A stretch of 62,953 nt of DNA, filler included. It is 5 parts of 5 records of this genome, joined end to end, with 100 filler letters (N's around TTAATTAATTAA, not from the genome) between each part and the next. Parts side by side here need not be neighbours in the genome. Positions count along the whole stretch, not along the records: positions 39,368 to 48,878 come from SRR20825010_2088; positions 48,979 to 58,533 come from SRR20825010_2093; 3 more parts are not named here. One strand, 5' to 3'. A program made the position numbers and the translations under genes. This document shows positions 39,368 to 49,058 of this stretch, in pieces (positions within the stretch are counted from its first letter, which is position 1; every line of letters starts with the position of its first letter). A model generated the notes under the pieces. It was not told where the DNA came from. It saw only the letters and a program-made list of their open reading frames with translations, and ran no database searches.

Positions 39368-39801
39368 GCGAGGGCGCGGGCGATGGCGACGCGCTGTTTC
39401 ATGCCGCCGGAGAGCTGGCGGGGCAGGGCGCTTTTGAAATCGGAGAGTTTGGTGCGGGCCAGCACGTCATCGATGATGGTGTCGGTCTTTGCCTTGCCGA
39501 GCCCGTGATCTTCCAGCACGAGAGACACATTCCCGGCAACACTGCGCCAGGGCAGTAGGGCGAAATCCTGAAAGATGTAAGTCAGCGGATTGAGGCTGTC
39601 GGCCGGTGGGGCGCCGTGTTCGAGGATGGAACCTTCGTCCGGCCGTTCCAGTCCGCCGATCAGGCGCAACAGGGTCGATTTTCCGCAGCCTGACGGGCCG
39701 ACGATACAGACGATCTCACCGGTGGGAATCTCTAGGTCGATATCGCTCAGAACCGGCATGCCGCCATAGCGGTGGTTGATGCCGTTCAATGTCAGTTGCA
39801 T
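39368..39801 (-). CDS. NitT/TauT family ABC ATP-binding protein, truncated by gap
   Basis: GPSGCGKST, FQDFALLPW, LSGGMKQRVAIARAL. Confidence 0.9.
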
Positions 39802-39856
39802 GGGAAGGCTCGCAGGTTCCGGCAGGGCCCGGCTTTTGTAGCCGGGCCCATCAGGA

Positions 39857-40879
39857 TCAGTAGGTTTCGACGAATTGCGTATCGACCAGCGTGTCGATCG
39901 AGATGTCCTTGCCGACCAGACCTTCGCTCTGGAACCAGGCGAGCTGCTTCTTCACGTTGGTCAGGTTCAGCTTGAGGTTCGGCTGCAGCCGCATGGCGCC
40001 GTTCTTGATCGACGGCGCGGCCTTCTCAAAAGGACGGCTGGTATAGACATATTTGTGGATCAACTTGGTCATCTCTTCGATGGCCGGATCGCCCTTGGTC
40101 TTGTCAACCATGACGGCGTTGAAATCGGCCGCGCCCTTGGCGTAGGCGGCGACGAATTTCTTCACCAGCTCCGGTCGCTCGGCGGCGTTCTTGGCGGAGG
40201 TGAAGGCGGTGGTCACCTGATAGTCGTCATAGTCGCCGATCCAGCCGATGATCTTCGCTGCGCCACTGTTCGACAGTGGCTTGGCGATGTGCGGCACGAT
40301 GATCATGGCGTCGATTTGGGCGGATTTCAGCGCGCCGATGATGGCGCCGACCTTCTGCAACGGCTTCAGGGAGATGTCCGAAATAGGGAAGCCTTCCTTC
40401 GCCGCGACCTGGGAGGCCATGTAGTGGAAGGAGGAGCCGGTCTGGGTGATGCCGAGGCTGTGACCCGCAAGTTTGTCCGGGCTGGTCAGGCCAGCCTCAA
40501 AAGCGGCTGTGCTGACCAGGATGGCGGAGCCGTCGATGCCTTTTTCTTCCTGCAATACGCCGCCGATCACTTTCACCGCGCCCTTGTCGGCGAGGTTGAC
40601 GAGACCGCCGGTGATCGAGGTCACGCCGAAATCGACATCGCCCGACGCAATCGCCACGGCCATCGGCTGGGCGGCCTGGAAGAACTTGAACTCGACCTCA
40701 AGGCCCTGCTCGGTGAAATACCCCTTCTCGAAGGCAACGAAGCCGCCCGCGTGCGAGGTGAAACGGAGCGCGCCGACGGTGATCTTGTCGGCAGCAGCGG
40801 CCGTTCCGATGGTCCCGGCGATGACGCCGAGTGCCGTAAGGCCCGCCATCACGGCGCGGCGCGTGAAGAGATGATTCAT
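39857..40879 (-). CDS. NitT/TauT family ABC substrate-binding protein
   Basis: Signal MNHLFTRRAVMAG, EKGYFTEQGLEV, GDVDFG; ATG at 40879 after GGAGG. Confidence 0.88.
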   Translation of the reverse strand: MNHLFTRRAVMAGLTALGVIAGTIGTAAAADKITVGALRFTSHAGGFVAFEKGYFTEQGLEVEFKFFQAAQPMAVAIASGDVDFGVTSITGGLVNLADKGAVKVIGGVLQEEKGIDGSAILVSTAAFEAGLTSPDKLAGHSLGITQTGSSFHYMASQVAAKEGFPISDISLKPLQKVGAIIGALKSAQIDAMIIVPHIAKPLSNSGAAKIIGWIGDYDDYQVTTAFTSAKNAAERPELVKKFVAAYAKGAADFNAVMVDKTKGDPAIEEMTKLIHKYVYTSRPFEKAAPSIKNGAMRLQPNLKLNLTNVKKQLAWFQSEGLVGKDISIDTLVDTQFVETY

Positions 40880-41059
40880 CTCTGATCCTCCCGAGTTTCT
40901 TATGAAGAGCAGCATAAAACCGCCAGATGACACGGGCCTTCTCTTAATCGGTTCGGCTCCATGAGGAAACCAAATTGCGCAACCGGGCATGCTTGCGCAA
41001 TGATGGGGTTAATAAACAAAATCTTAGAAACGCTATCCCCACCCTTGGAAACGCCTTCA

Positions 41060-42697
41060 ATGACCAGCTTTGATTATGTGATCGTCGGCGCCGGCTCGGC
41101 CGGTTGTGTGCTCGCGAACCGGCTCAGTGCGGATCCGTCCGTGACCGTGTGCCTGCTTGAGGCGGGCCCGCCGGATTACCATCCGATGATCCATATCCCG
41201 GCCGGCTTCATGAAGACGCTGGTCGACCCCTCGGTGAACTGGCTGTACGAGAGCGAGCCGAGCTACTGGACCGGCGGCCGCTCCATCGCGGCGCCGCGCG
41301 GCAAGACCCTGGGCGGCTCCAGCTCCATCAACGGGCACATCTACAATCGTGGCCAACGGCTTGATTTTGACGGCTGGGCCCAGCGCGGCAACCGGGGATG
41401 GGGGTATGCCGACGTGCTGCCCTATTTCAAGCGGACCGAGACGCGCATCGGCGAGGGCGAGGATACGTTCCGGGGCCGCGAGGGCAACATGGCGGTCACC
41501 GATATTGACTGGCAACACCCGCTCTGCGATGCCTTCATCAAGGGCGCCGAGAGCATAGGAATTCCGCATAACAAGGATTACAACGGCAAGATCCAGGAAG
41601 GCGTTTCCTACGCCCAGCGGACGATCCATGGCCGCCGCCGGATGAGCACGGCACGCGGCTATCTGCGCCCGGCGATGAAGCGCAAGAACCTGACCGTGCG
41701 GACCCATGCGCATGCGACGAAAATCCTGTTCGAGGGCAAGAAAGCCAAAGGCATCCGCTATTCCGAAGGCGGCCGGCACGGGATCGTGACGGAAGTCTTC
41801 GCCCGGCGGGAGGTGATCCTCTCCGGTGGCGCGGTAAATTCGCCGCAACTGTTGCAGCTCTCCGGCGTTGGCGATCCGGAGCTGCTGCGCGGACTCGGTA
41901 TCGAGGTGCAGCACGCGCTGCCGGGCGTCGGCGAGAACCTGCGTGACCATTACGCGCCGCGTTTCACCGCCCGGGTGAAGAACTCGAACAGCATCAACGA
42001 GCTGGCCCGCGGGCCGCGGCTCTGGGGTGAAATCTTCAAATATTTCACCGGCCAGAAAAGCATCCTCGGTCTCAGCCCGACGCTGGTCTATTGCTTCTGG
42101 CACTCGAACGAGACGGCCCGGAACAGCGACCTGCAATTCACCTTCACACCGGCGAGCTACAAGCACGGCGTGCAATCCAAGCTGGACGATCTCCCGGGCA
42201 TGACCATTGCCTCGTGGCAGCAACGGCCGGAGAGCATCGGCTATATCCGTGCCCGCAACGCCGATCCGTTCGAAGCACCGGCGATCCAGCCGAACTATCT
42301 GGCGGACGAGACGGACCGGCAGGTGCTGCTTTCGGGCATGAAGCTGGCCCGGCGCCTGTTGCAGACCGAACCGCTGCAGCCCTATTTCGATGGTGAGCTC
42401 TATCCCGGCCCGGGCGTACAAAGCGATGACGAGTTGCTGGCTGCAGCCCGTGAGCGGGGCACCACGACCTTCCATCTTATGGGTACATGCCGGATGGGGC
42501 CGGACAGCGACAAGACAGCGGTGGTTGACGATCAGCTAAAGGTTCGGGGGCTGGAAGGTCTCAGGGTTGTCGACGCCTCGATCATGCCCACCATGCCCTC
42601 CGCTAACCTGAACGCATCGACCATGATGATCGGTGAGAAGGCCGCGGATATGATCCTTGGCAAGCCGTCAGCAGAATCGATTTCTCTTCAGGATTGA
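41060..42697 (+). CDS. GMC family oxidoreductase (choline dehydrogenase-like)
   Basis: GAGSAGCVLANRL, PRGKTLGGSSSING, GENLRDH, FHLMGTC, RVVDAS, NLNA. Confidence 0.92.
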   Translation: MTSFDYVIVGAGSAGCVLANRLSADPSVTVCLLEAGPPDYHPMIHIPAGFMKTLVDPSVNWLYESEPSYWTGGRSIAAPRGKTLGGSSSINGHIYNRGQRLDFDGWAQRGNRGWGYADVLPYFKRTETRIGEGEDTFRGREGNMAVTDIDWQHPLCDAFIKGAESIGIPHNKDYNGKIQEGVSYAQRTIHGRRRMSTARGYLRPAMKRKNLTVRTHAHATKILFEGKKAKGIRYSEGGRHGIVTEVFARREVILSGGAVNSPQLLQLSGVGDPELLRGLGIEVQHALPGVGENLRDHYAPRFTARVKNSNSINELARGPRLWGEIFKYFTGQKSILGLSPTLVYCFWHSNETARNSDLQFTFTPASYKHGVQSKLDDLPGMTIASWQQRPESIGYIRARNADPFEAPAIQPNYLADETDRQVLLSGMKLARRLLQTEPLQPYFDGELYPGPGVQSDDELLAAARERGTTTFHLMGTCRMGPDSDKTAVVDDQLKVRGLEGLRVVDASIMPTMPSANLNASTMMIGEKAADMILGKPSAESISLQD

Positions 42698-42764
42698 AAT
42701 AAATAGAAATTTCATGCGGTTAGTTGTGTTTTGCGGGTTTTAAACGTTTTCGGAGCATTGGTCG

Positions 42765-42780
42765 TTAAACAAGAATTAAC
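42765..42780 (+). promoter_or_regulatory. CtrA-binding consensus site
   Basis: Perfect TTAA-N7-TTAAC (TTAA ACAAGAA TTAAC); half-site TTAACCAT at about 42857. Confidence 0.6.
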
Positions 42781-42889
42781 AAGTTCCGTGTTTTTCTTGG
42801 TTTGATAATCATTCGGATTGTTGAACGCATACAACTTGTCTTAGTATTCACGGGAATTAACCATGGCGTTGGATTTTAACGGGGTCAGC

Positions 42890-43126
42890 ATGAGCTCTTC
42901 GAAATCACGCAAGAATGTTTATGCGGGTCATCGGACCTCCATCATCCTGGAAGAAGACTTCTGGGATGCCCTGGAAGAGTGCGCGCATGATCGTGAATTG
43001 TGTATCGATTCTATCGTGACGGACGCAGAGAAGGCTTTCCCGGAGATGAGCCGGACGGCGGCTGTCCGGATGTTCCTGCTGGAGCATTTCCGCACCAAGG
43101 CGGAAGATACCGACCCGATTCACTGA
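42890..43126 (+). CDS. Ribbon-helix-helix domain protein (RHH_4-like)
   Basis: GHRTSIILEEDFWDALEE...RTAAVRMFLLEHF. Start may be 42863. Confidence 0.8.
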   Translation: MSSSKSRKNVYAGHRTSIILEEDFWDALEECAHDRELCIDSIVTDAEKAFPEMSRTAAVRMFLLEHFRTKAEDTDPIH

Positions 43127-43314
43127 CCTGCCTTATCGCCGAACGATCGGAGTGTGGCGCCCGGCGCCAGACCCGCTATCATTCCGGCATGATGACTTCT
43201 TCTCTCCTGACCGATGCCAAATCCGCACATCACGCAGGTGATCTGGAGCGTGCGATTGCTGGTGTGGATTTTCTACGCTGAATTTCCGGCCGCCACATGC
43301 CCCGCTGATCTCGC

Positions 43315-43722
43315 CTAACTACCATCGTAATCCGTCAGGTCCGCTTTCTCGGTAGCGGCGAAATCGACATGGATGTGATTGCCGTCATGATCGTGGATGT
43401 TCACTTGCTGGATACCCATTTCCGGCAGCACGCCGCAGCGATAAGCGGTTTTCTGCTCCCGTAAGTGGGCCAGAAATGTGTCGAGCCCTTCCGCTGAAAT
43501 CGCGAAATGTTCCAGTTGGGCGTCGGGGCGGTATGGTGCAAGGTCTTCCTTGGAGCCGACCAGATGCACCATTGCGGCGCCGTTCGCATAGAGCCACGCG
43601 CCGGGGAATGGGAAGGGCGGGCGGTCACCGGGATGCATGTCCAGCACCCGGCCATACCATTCCACCATGGCATCGAGGTTTTGCGTCCGAAGGTTCACGT
43701 GATCGAGTTTCTTGAGCGCCAT
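43315..43722 (-). CDS. VOC (glyoxalase/bleomycin resistance) family protein
   Basis: LDHVNL, RPPFPFPGAWLY, HFAI, DHDGNHI. Confidence 0.88.
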   Translation of the reverse strand: MALKKLDHVNLRTQNLDAMVEWYGRVLDMHPGDRPPFPFPGAWLYANGAAMVHLVGSKEDLAPYRPDAQLEHFAISAEGLDTFLAHLREQKTAYRCGVLPEMGIQQVNIHDHDGNHIHVDFAATEKADLTDYDGS

Positions 43723-43786
43723 GGGCTTTCCTTTTTGTTCACGTTATGTTTCGATCCGGTAGTCCCAGTCGGAAGAAGCTTACCCC

Positions 43787-45004
43787 ATGGCCGATATCAT
43801 ACCCAACCGCGACGCGCGGCGTCTGTTTCTCCACCTGCACGCGCTGTCTGATTCTCCCGGCAGGCCGTTCAGGCGCAAGGACCTGCCGGAACTGGTCCAT
43901 CGTATCGGTTTCGTGCAGGTGGACAGCATCCGCACCGTAGAGCGGGCGCATCATCACATCCTGTTTTCCCGGGCAACGGCCTACAAGCCGGAATGGCTGC
44001 ACCATCATATCGAGCGGGAACGGACATTGTTCGAGAACTGGACGCATGACGCCTCGGTGATCCCGGTCGAGTTCTACCGTTACTGGAAGCCGAAATTCGC
44101 CCGCACCCGGGACCGGTTGATGAGCCGGGACTGGTGGCGGGAACGATTAGGCGAGGATTACGAGGAAACCTGCGCGCGGATTCGCGCCCACATCATCGAG
44201 AACGGGCCCGTCCGGTCACGCGATCTGACCGAGGGCGAAAGCCATCACGATGGGAGCGATCAGAACAAAGCCTGGTGGGGCTGGAAGCCGTCGAAATCCG
44301 CGCTCGAACATCTCTGGCGCACGGGAGAACTGGCGGTCTCCGCTCGCGAGGGATTCCAGAAGGTCTACGATATCGCTTCCAACGTGGTGCCGGCTGAGCA
44401 TTTCGAGCCGGTGGTGCATGACGCGGAATTCATTGACTGGGCTTGCCGGTCCGCGCTGGAGCGGCTTGGTTTCGCGACACCAGGGGAGCTGGCCGCCTAT
44501 TGGGATGCAATCTCCCCTGCGGAGGCGAAAGCTTGGGCCGAACGGCAAACCGCCGAAACAGCGATCCCGGTCGAGGTGGAGAACGCGGACGGCACCTTGC
44601 GGCAGCATCTGGCCCGGCCTGATGCGTTTGATCTGATGGCCGCTGCGCCGATGCCGCCCGGCCGTATCCGGTTCCTCAGCCCGTTCGATCCGGCGCTACG
44701 CGACCGCAAGCGCCTGCAACGCCTGTTCGGTTACGATTACCGGATCGAGGTTTTCGTGCCCGAGGCGAAGCGTGAATATGGCTATTACGTCTTCCCGATG
44801 CTGGAAGGTGACAGGCTGGTTGGCCGGGTCGACATGAAGGCCGACCGGCAAGCCGGTGTGCTCGGGGTGCGCAAGCACTGGTTTGAGGCACGGTTGAGCC
44901 TTACCGCCCAGCGCAAGGCCCGGATGGAAGCGGAGCTGGTGCGGTGGCTGAAGTATCTCGGGCTGGAACGGGCGGAAGGCGACGGGTTCAGCGTCTCTCT
45001 CTAA
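43787..45004 (+). CDS. ycaQ: Interstrand crosslink repair DNA glycosylase, YcaQ/AlkZ family
   Basis: VQVDSI (QxD motif), ENWTHDAS, WWGWKP, LSPFDP, YRIEVFVP, YGYY. Confidence 0.85.
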   Translation: MADIIPNRDARRLFLHLHALSDSPGRPFRRKDLPELVHRIGFVQVDSIRTVERAHHHILFSRATAYKPEWLHHHIERERTLFENWTHDASVIPVEFYRYWKPKFARTRDRLMSRDWWRERLGEDYEETCARIRAHIIENGPVRSRDLTEGESHHDGSDQNKAWWGWKPSKSALEHLWRTGELAVSAREGFQKVYDIASNVVPAEHFEPVVHDAEFIDWACRSALERLGFATPGELAAYWDAISPAEAKAWAERQTAETAIPVEVENADGTLRQHLARPDAFDLMAAAPMPPGRIRFLSPFDPALRDRKRLQRLFGYDYRIEVFVPEAKREYGYYVFPMLEGDRLVGRVDMKADRQAGVLGVRKHWFEARLSLTAQRKARMEAELVRWLKYLGLERAEGDGFSVSL

Positions 45005-45918
45005 TCTATCGTGGCATGGTCCCGGCGCTTCAGAACGGTTTTTGCTGTATCGATGAAGGCACGCAGTTTCGGGTTATTGCCTGCGCGTTCCGGAAAATAG
45101 AGAAACAGGCCGGTTTCCTCGACGGAGGCTTCCGGAAGCAGCTCGACGAGCCTGCCATCGGCCAGTTCATCCTCGATCCAGGGCTCGAAGATATAGATGA
45201 TGCCGAGCCCTTCGAGCGCGAAGTCGAGACCGATTGTCAGGTCGTTCAGAACGAGGTTTCCGTTCGAGGGAACCCGGACTTCACCGGTGCCGGATTCCAG
45301 CTCCCAATCATACATGCCCCCTGAGGAATTTCGGTAGGACATGCAGTTATGGTTCGCGAGATCGGCAAGCGATGCCGGTTTGCCGTAGCGCTCGATATAG
45401 GATGGCGCTGCGGCGATGATGGTCCGGAAGGGTGGTTTCAGCCGGAAAACCTTCATGTCCTGCTCGATGGAGCCGCCGAGCCGGATGCCCGCATCGAACC
45501 CTTCGGCGACAATATCCACCAGCCTCTTGTCGACGGATATCTCAATCCTCAGATCGGGATAACGAGGGAGCATTTCCTTCACGACCGGCGTCACCACCAT
45601 CGGCACGAACGGTTGTGCGACCGTCAGGCGAAGCAATCCGGAAACCTGCCCCTGCGCCGATTTCAGCCGCTCCAGCGCTTCATCGATGCCGTTAATGGAT
45701 GGCCCGGTTGTATCTACCAGCAGCTGCCCCCAGTCCGTGAGGGACACGCTGCGGGTCGTGCGGGCGAAGAGCGGCAGGCCAAGCCGGTCTTCGACAAAGC
45801 GCACCGAATGGCTCACCGCGGAAGCGCTCATGCCGAGCTCCTTGGCGGCGGCCGCGAAACCGCCCCGGCGCGCAACGGCGAGGACGACGGGGAGGTGGAG
45901 GAGGATGTCTCTCTGCAT
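45001..45918 (-). CDS. LysR family transcriptional regulator
   Basis: FAAAAKELGMSASAVS, LFARTTRSV, EGFDAGIRLG; divergent from iorAB. Confidence 0.92.
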   Translation of the reverse strand: MQRDILLHLPVVLAVARRGGFAAAAKELGMSASAVSHSVRFVEDRLGLPLFARTTRSVSLTDWGQLLVDTTGPSINGIDEALERLKSAQGQVSGLLRLTVAQPFVPMVVTPVVKEMLPRYPDLRIEISVDKRLVDIVAEGFDAGIRLGGSIEQDMKVFRLKPPFRTIIAAAPSYIERYGKPASLADLANHNCMSYRNSSGGMYDWELESGTGEVRVPSNGNLVLNDLTIGLDFALEGLGIIYIFEPWIEDELADGRLVELLPEASVEETGLFLYFPERAGNNPKLRAFIDTAKTVLKRRDHATID

Positions 45919-46056
45919 TGCTGAAAAATATTGCACAATTCATGCGGTTCAAGGGTGGATGTCTTTTTCGCACCTGCACCCATTTCTTTTCCAACGGCGA
46001 CGAAAGCGGCGCGGGGATGCGTCGGCGAGCTTTCGCGCGTGTGGGAGAGCTGAAAA

Positions 46057-46515
46057 ATGATCACACTTAATCTGAACGGCACCGAGCATCAGCTCGATGC
46101 CGACGCGGATACCCCGTTGCTATGGGCGATCCGTGACCATGCCGGTCTGACCGGAACGAAATTCGGCTGCGGTCTGGCGCAATGCGGGGCCTGCACCGTC
46201 CATGTGGATGGCGAGCCGGTACGCTCTTGCCAGACATTCCTTGGCGATATCGAAGGGGCGAAGGTCACCACAATCGAGGGCGTTTCCGGCAAGGTTGCCG
46301 AGACCGTACAGACGGTCTGGGCGGAGCTGGACGTGCCGCAATGCGGCTATTGCCAGTCCGGACAGATCATGTCCGCCACCGCGCTGCTGGCGGAAACGCC
46401 GAAGCCGACGGATGACGATATCGACGCGGCGATGAGCGGTAACCTCTGCCGTTGCGCTACCTACCAACGCATTCGCGCCGCGATCCATGTCGCTGCCGAC
46501 CGTCTGGAGGCCTGA
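46057..46515 (+). CDS. iorA: (2Fe-2S)-binding subunit, isoquinoline 1-oxidoreductase alpha-like
   Basis: [27 protein letters not shown]. Confidence 0.88.
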   Translation: MITLNLNGTEHQLDADADTPLLWAIRDHAGLTGTKFGCGLAQCGACTVHVDGEPVRSCQTFLGDIEGAKVTTIEGVSGKVAETVQTVWAELDVPQCGYCQSGQIMSATALLAETPKPTDDDIDAAMSGNLCRCATYQRIRAAIHVAADRLEA

Positions 46516-46518
46516 TCG

Positions 46519-48726
46519 ATGCTGGTACAGAAACTCAATGCACTTGCCGAGCGGGCTAAAGCCGAGCCGGTCACCCGGCGTGGCTTTCTGCTATCCGCCG
46601 CCGCCACCTCGGCGGGCCTGGCCATCGGGTACCGGCCGCTGGCAGGTCTCGCGGCCACGGAACCGTCCAAACAGGGTGGTGACCTTGCCGCCTATATCGC
46701 GATTTCCGAAGACAATACAGTCACCATCTATTCCTCCCAGTTCGATATGGGGCAGGGCTCCTATCACGGTATTGCCACGCTGGTTCTGGAAGAGCTGGGC
46801 GCGGACTGGGCACAGGTGAAGGTCGAGGGTGCATCAGCGGACGTGCGCCATTACGGCAATGTCATGTGGGGTGGCGGGTTCCAGGGCTCCGGCGGTTCCA
46901 CCTCGATGGCGTCTTCCTGGGACCGGTATCGCAAGGCCGGTGCCGCCGCTCGGATGATGCTGGTCGAGGCCGCTGCGCAGGAATGGAACGTTCCGGCGTC
47001 TGAAATCACCGTCAGCAAGGGCGTCATTGCCCATGGCGCTTCCGGTAAATCCTCCGGTTTCGGCGCCTTCGCGAAAGCCGCTTCCAACCTGACGATCCCG
47101 GACACGATCGCGCTGAAAGACCGGTCCGAATGGACGGAGATTGGCAATCCGGAACTGAAGCGTTTCGACCGGGTCGGCAAGACCAAAGGCGAGCAGGATT
47201 TCACCATTGACGTGAAGCTGCCCGGCATGCTGACCGCTGTGATGATCCACCCGCCGAAATTCGGCGCGACGGTTGCCAGTTTCGATGCGGATGAAGCCAA
47301 GGCGCTGAAAGGCGTCACCGATGTGGTGGCCATCGATCGCGGTATTGCGGTGGTGGCGACCGATATGTGGTCTGCCCTGAAGGGGCGAGACCTTGTCACC
47401 GTGGAGTGGGACGAAAGCAAGGCGGAGACGCGCGGGTCGGCGCAGATCATGGCGGAATATCATGATCTGGCCACCAAGAAACCGACGGCGGTTGCCCGGA
47501 CGGATGGCGAGCCGGAAGCGGCCCTTGCCTCTGCCGCGAAGGTACTGGAAGCGACCTATGAGTTTCCGTATCTCGCCCATGCCGCCATGGAGCCGCTGAA
47601 TGCGGCGGTTCATATGAATGCGGATGGCGACCTGGAAATCTGGGGCGGCCACCAGATGCCGGATCTCTACCAGCAGATGGCCGCCAAGGCCGCCGGTTTG
47701 GATCCGTCAAAGGTGCGCATGCACATCATGAAGACCGGCGGCGGGTTTGGCCGGCGGGCAACGCCGGATGCGGATGTGATCCTGGAAGCGGTCACTATCG
47801 GCAAGGCGATTGGCTGGAAGGCACCGGTGAAGGTGCAGTGGACCCGCGAGAACGATACGCGGGGCGGACGATATCGCCCGGCCTATGTCCACCGGATGCG
47901 GGCCGGTCTCGACGCGGACGGCAAGCTGGTCGCCTGGGACAATCATATTGTCGGCCAGTCGATTGTTGCGGGCGGTCCCTTCGCCGGGCTGATCAAGGAT
48001 GGCGTCGATGCCACCTCGGTTGAGGGCTCTTCCACCCTGCCATATGCCATCCCTAATCTCGGCGTTGGATTGACCACCGCGGATGTGGGGATTCCGGTGC
48101 TCTGGTGGCGGTCGGTGGGCTCGACCCACACTGCCTATGCGACCGAAATGTTCCTGGATGAGGTTATCGCCGAGATCGGTGCCGATCAGGTGCAGTTCCG
48201 TCTCGACCTTCTGAAGGATCATCCGCGTCACGCGGGCGTCCTGAAGCTGGCGGCGGAAAAAGCCGATTGGGGCAAACCGCTACCGGAAGGTCATCATTGG
48301 GGTGTGGCTGTGCATGAGAGCTTCCATTCCTATGTGGCAGAACTTGCCGAAGTCTCGGTCGAGGATGGCGAGGTGATCGTGCATCGGGTGGTTGCTGCCG
48401 TTGATGTCGGCACGCCGATCAACCCGGACGTGATCAAGGCGCAGGTCGAAGGCGGCGTCGGCTTCGGGCTCGGCTCGGTTCTCCAGGAAGAACTGACTCT
48501 GACGGACGGGGAGGTGGATCAGGGCAATTACGACACCTATCTGCCGCTCCGCATCGACCGGATGCCGAAGGTCGAGGTGCATATCGTGCCCAGCACGGAA
48601 CGCCCGACCGGCATCGGCGAGCCCGGCGTCCCGCCAATCGGCCCGGCTATCGGCAATGCGGTGTTCCGGGCGACAGGACAGCGGGTGCGCACCCTGCCGT
48701 TCGAGAAAGGCTTCAAGTCGGCCTGA
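46519..48726 (+). CDS. iorB: Molybdopterin-binding subunit, isoquinoline 1-oxidoreductase beta-like
   Basis: Twin-Arg TRRGFL, DMGQG, GGSTS, HAAMEP, GGGFGRR, WWRSVG, GIGEPG. Confidence 0.88.
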   Translation: MLVQKLNALAERAKAEPVTRRGFLLSAAATSAGLAIGYRPLAGLAATEPSKQGGDLAAYIAISEDNTVTIYSSQFDMGQGSYHGIATLVLEELGADWAQVKVEGASADVRHYGNVMWGGGFQGSGGSTSMASSWDRYRKAGAAARMMLVEAAAQEWNVPASEITVSKGVIAHGASGKSSGFGAFAKAASNLTIPDTIALKDRSEWTEIGNPELKRFDRVGKTKGEQDFTIDVKLPGMLTAVMIHPPKFGATVASFDADEAKALKGVTDVVAIDRGIAVVATDMWSALKGRDLVTVEWDESKAETRGSAQIMAEYHDLATKKPTAVARTDGEPEAALASAAKVLEATYEFPYLAHAAMEPLNAAVHMNADGDLEIWGGHQMPDLYQQMAAKAAGLDPSKVRMHIMKTGGGFGRRATPDADVILEAVTIGKAIGWKAPVKVQWTRENDTRGGRYRPAYVHRMRAGLDADGKLVAWDNHIVGQSIVAGGPFAGLIKDGVDATSVEGSSTLPYAIPNLGVGLTTADVGIPVLWWRSVGSTHTAYATEMFLDEVIAEIGADQVQFRLDLLKDHPRHAGVLKLAAEKADWGKPLPEGHHWGVAVHESFHSYVAELAEVSVEDGEVIVHRVVAAVDVGTPINPDVIKAQVEGGVGFGLGSVLQEELTLTDGEVDQGNYDTYLPLRIDRMPKVEVHIVPSTERPTGIGEPGVPPIGPAIGNAVFRATGQRVRTLPFEKGFKSA

Positions 48727-48751
48727 TTCCGTGCAGGATCTGAACAAAACG

Positions 48752-48782
48752 AACCGCCGCCCGGCAATGGGCGGCGGTTTTT
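48752..48782 (+). terminator. Rho-independent terminator
   Basis: AACCGCCGCCC-GGCAAT-GGGCGGCGGTT followed by TTT. Confidence 0.85.
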
Positions 48783-48796
48783 CATGCTCGCCTTTT

Positions 48797-48878
48797 GTCG
48801 TCATCCTCGCGCACGCGGGGCCCCAGGAAACGAGGAGCTGTGCTCTGTGATCATCTGGGTCCCGGCTCTCCGGCCGGA
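48797..48878. repeat. Probable short palindromic intergenic repeat (GTCATC-type) at a contig end
   Basis: GTCGTCATCCTCGCGCACGCGGGGCCCCAG...CTGGGTCCCGGCTCTCCGGCCGGA resembles alphaproteobacterial REP-like units; the contig breaks inside it. Confidence 0.5.
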
Positions 48879-48978
48879 NNNNNNNNNNNNNNNNNNNNNN
48901 NNNNNNNNNNNNNNNNNNNNNNTTAATTAATTAANNNNNNNNNNNNNNNNNNNNNNNNNNNNNNNNNNNNNNNNNNNN
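48879..48978. other. Artificial contig-join spacer
   Basis: N-run with central TTAATTAATTAA. Confidence 0.98.
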
Positions 48979-49058
48979 CGTCAAACATGGGTATAAGTTG
49001 ATATCAACCTATACCCATGAAGAGTTGTTTGCAAAGAGAGTTGTGGAATTGAGTGAGG

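Noticed and set aside
40895..40930. Sigma54-like TGGC...TGCT upstream of the TauT SBP gene
   Set aside because: The GG-to-GC spacing is 9 nt instead of the required 10.
41060..42697. Assigning betA
   Set aside because: No betI/betB context, and GMC motifs alone do not fix the substrate.
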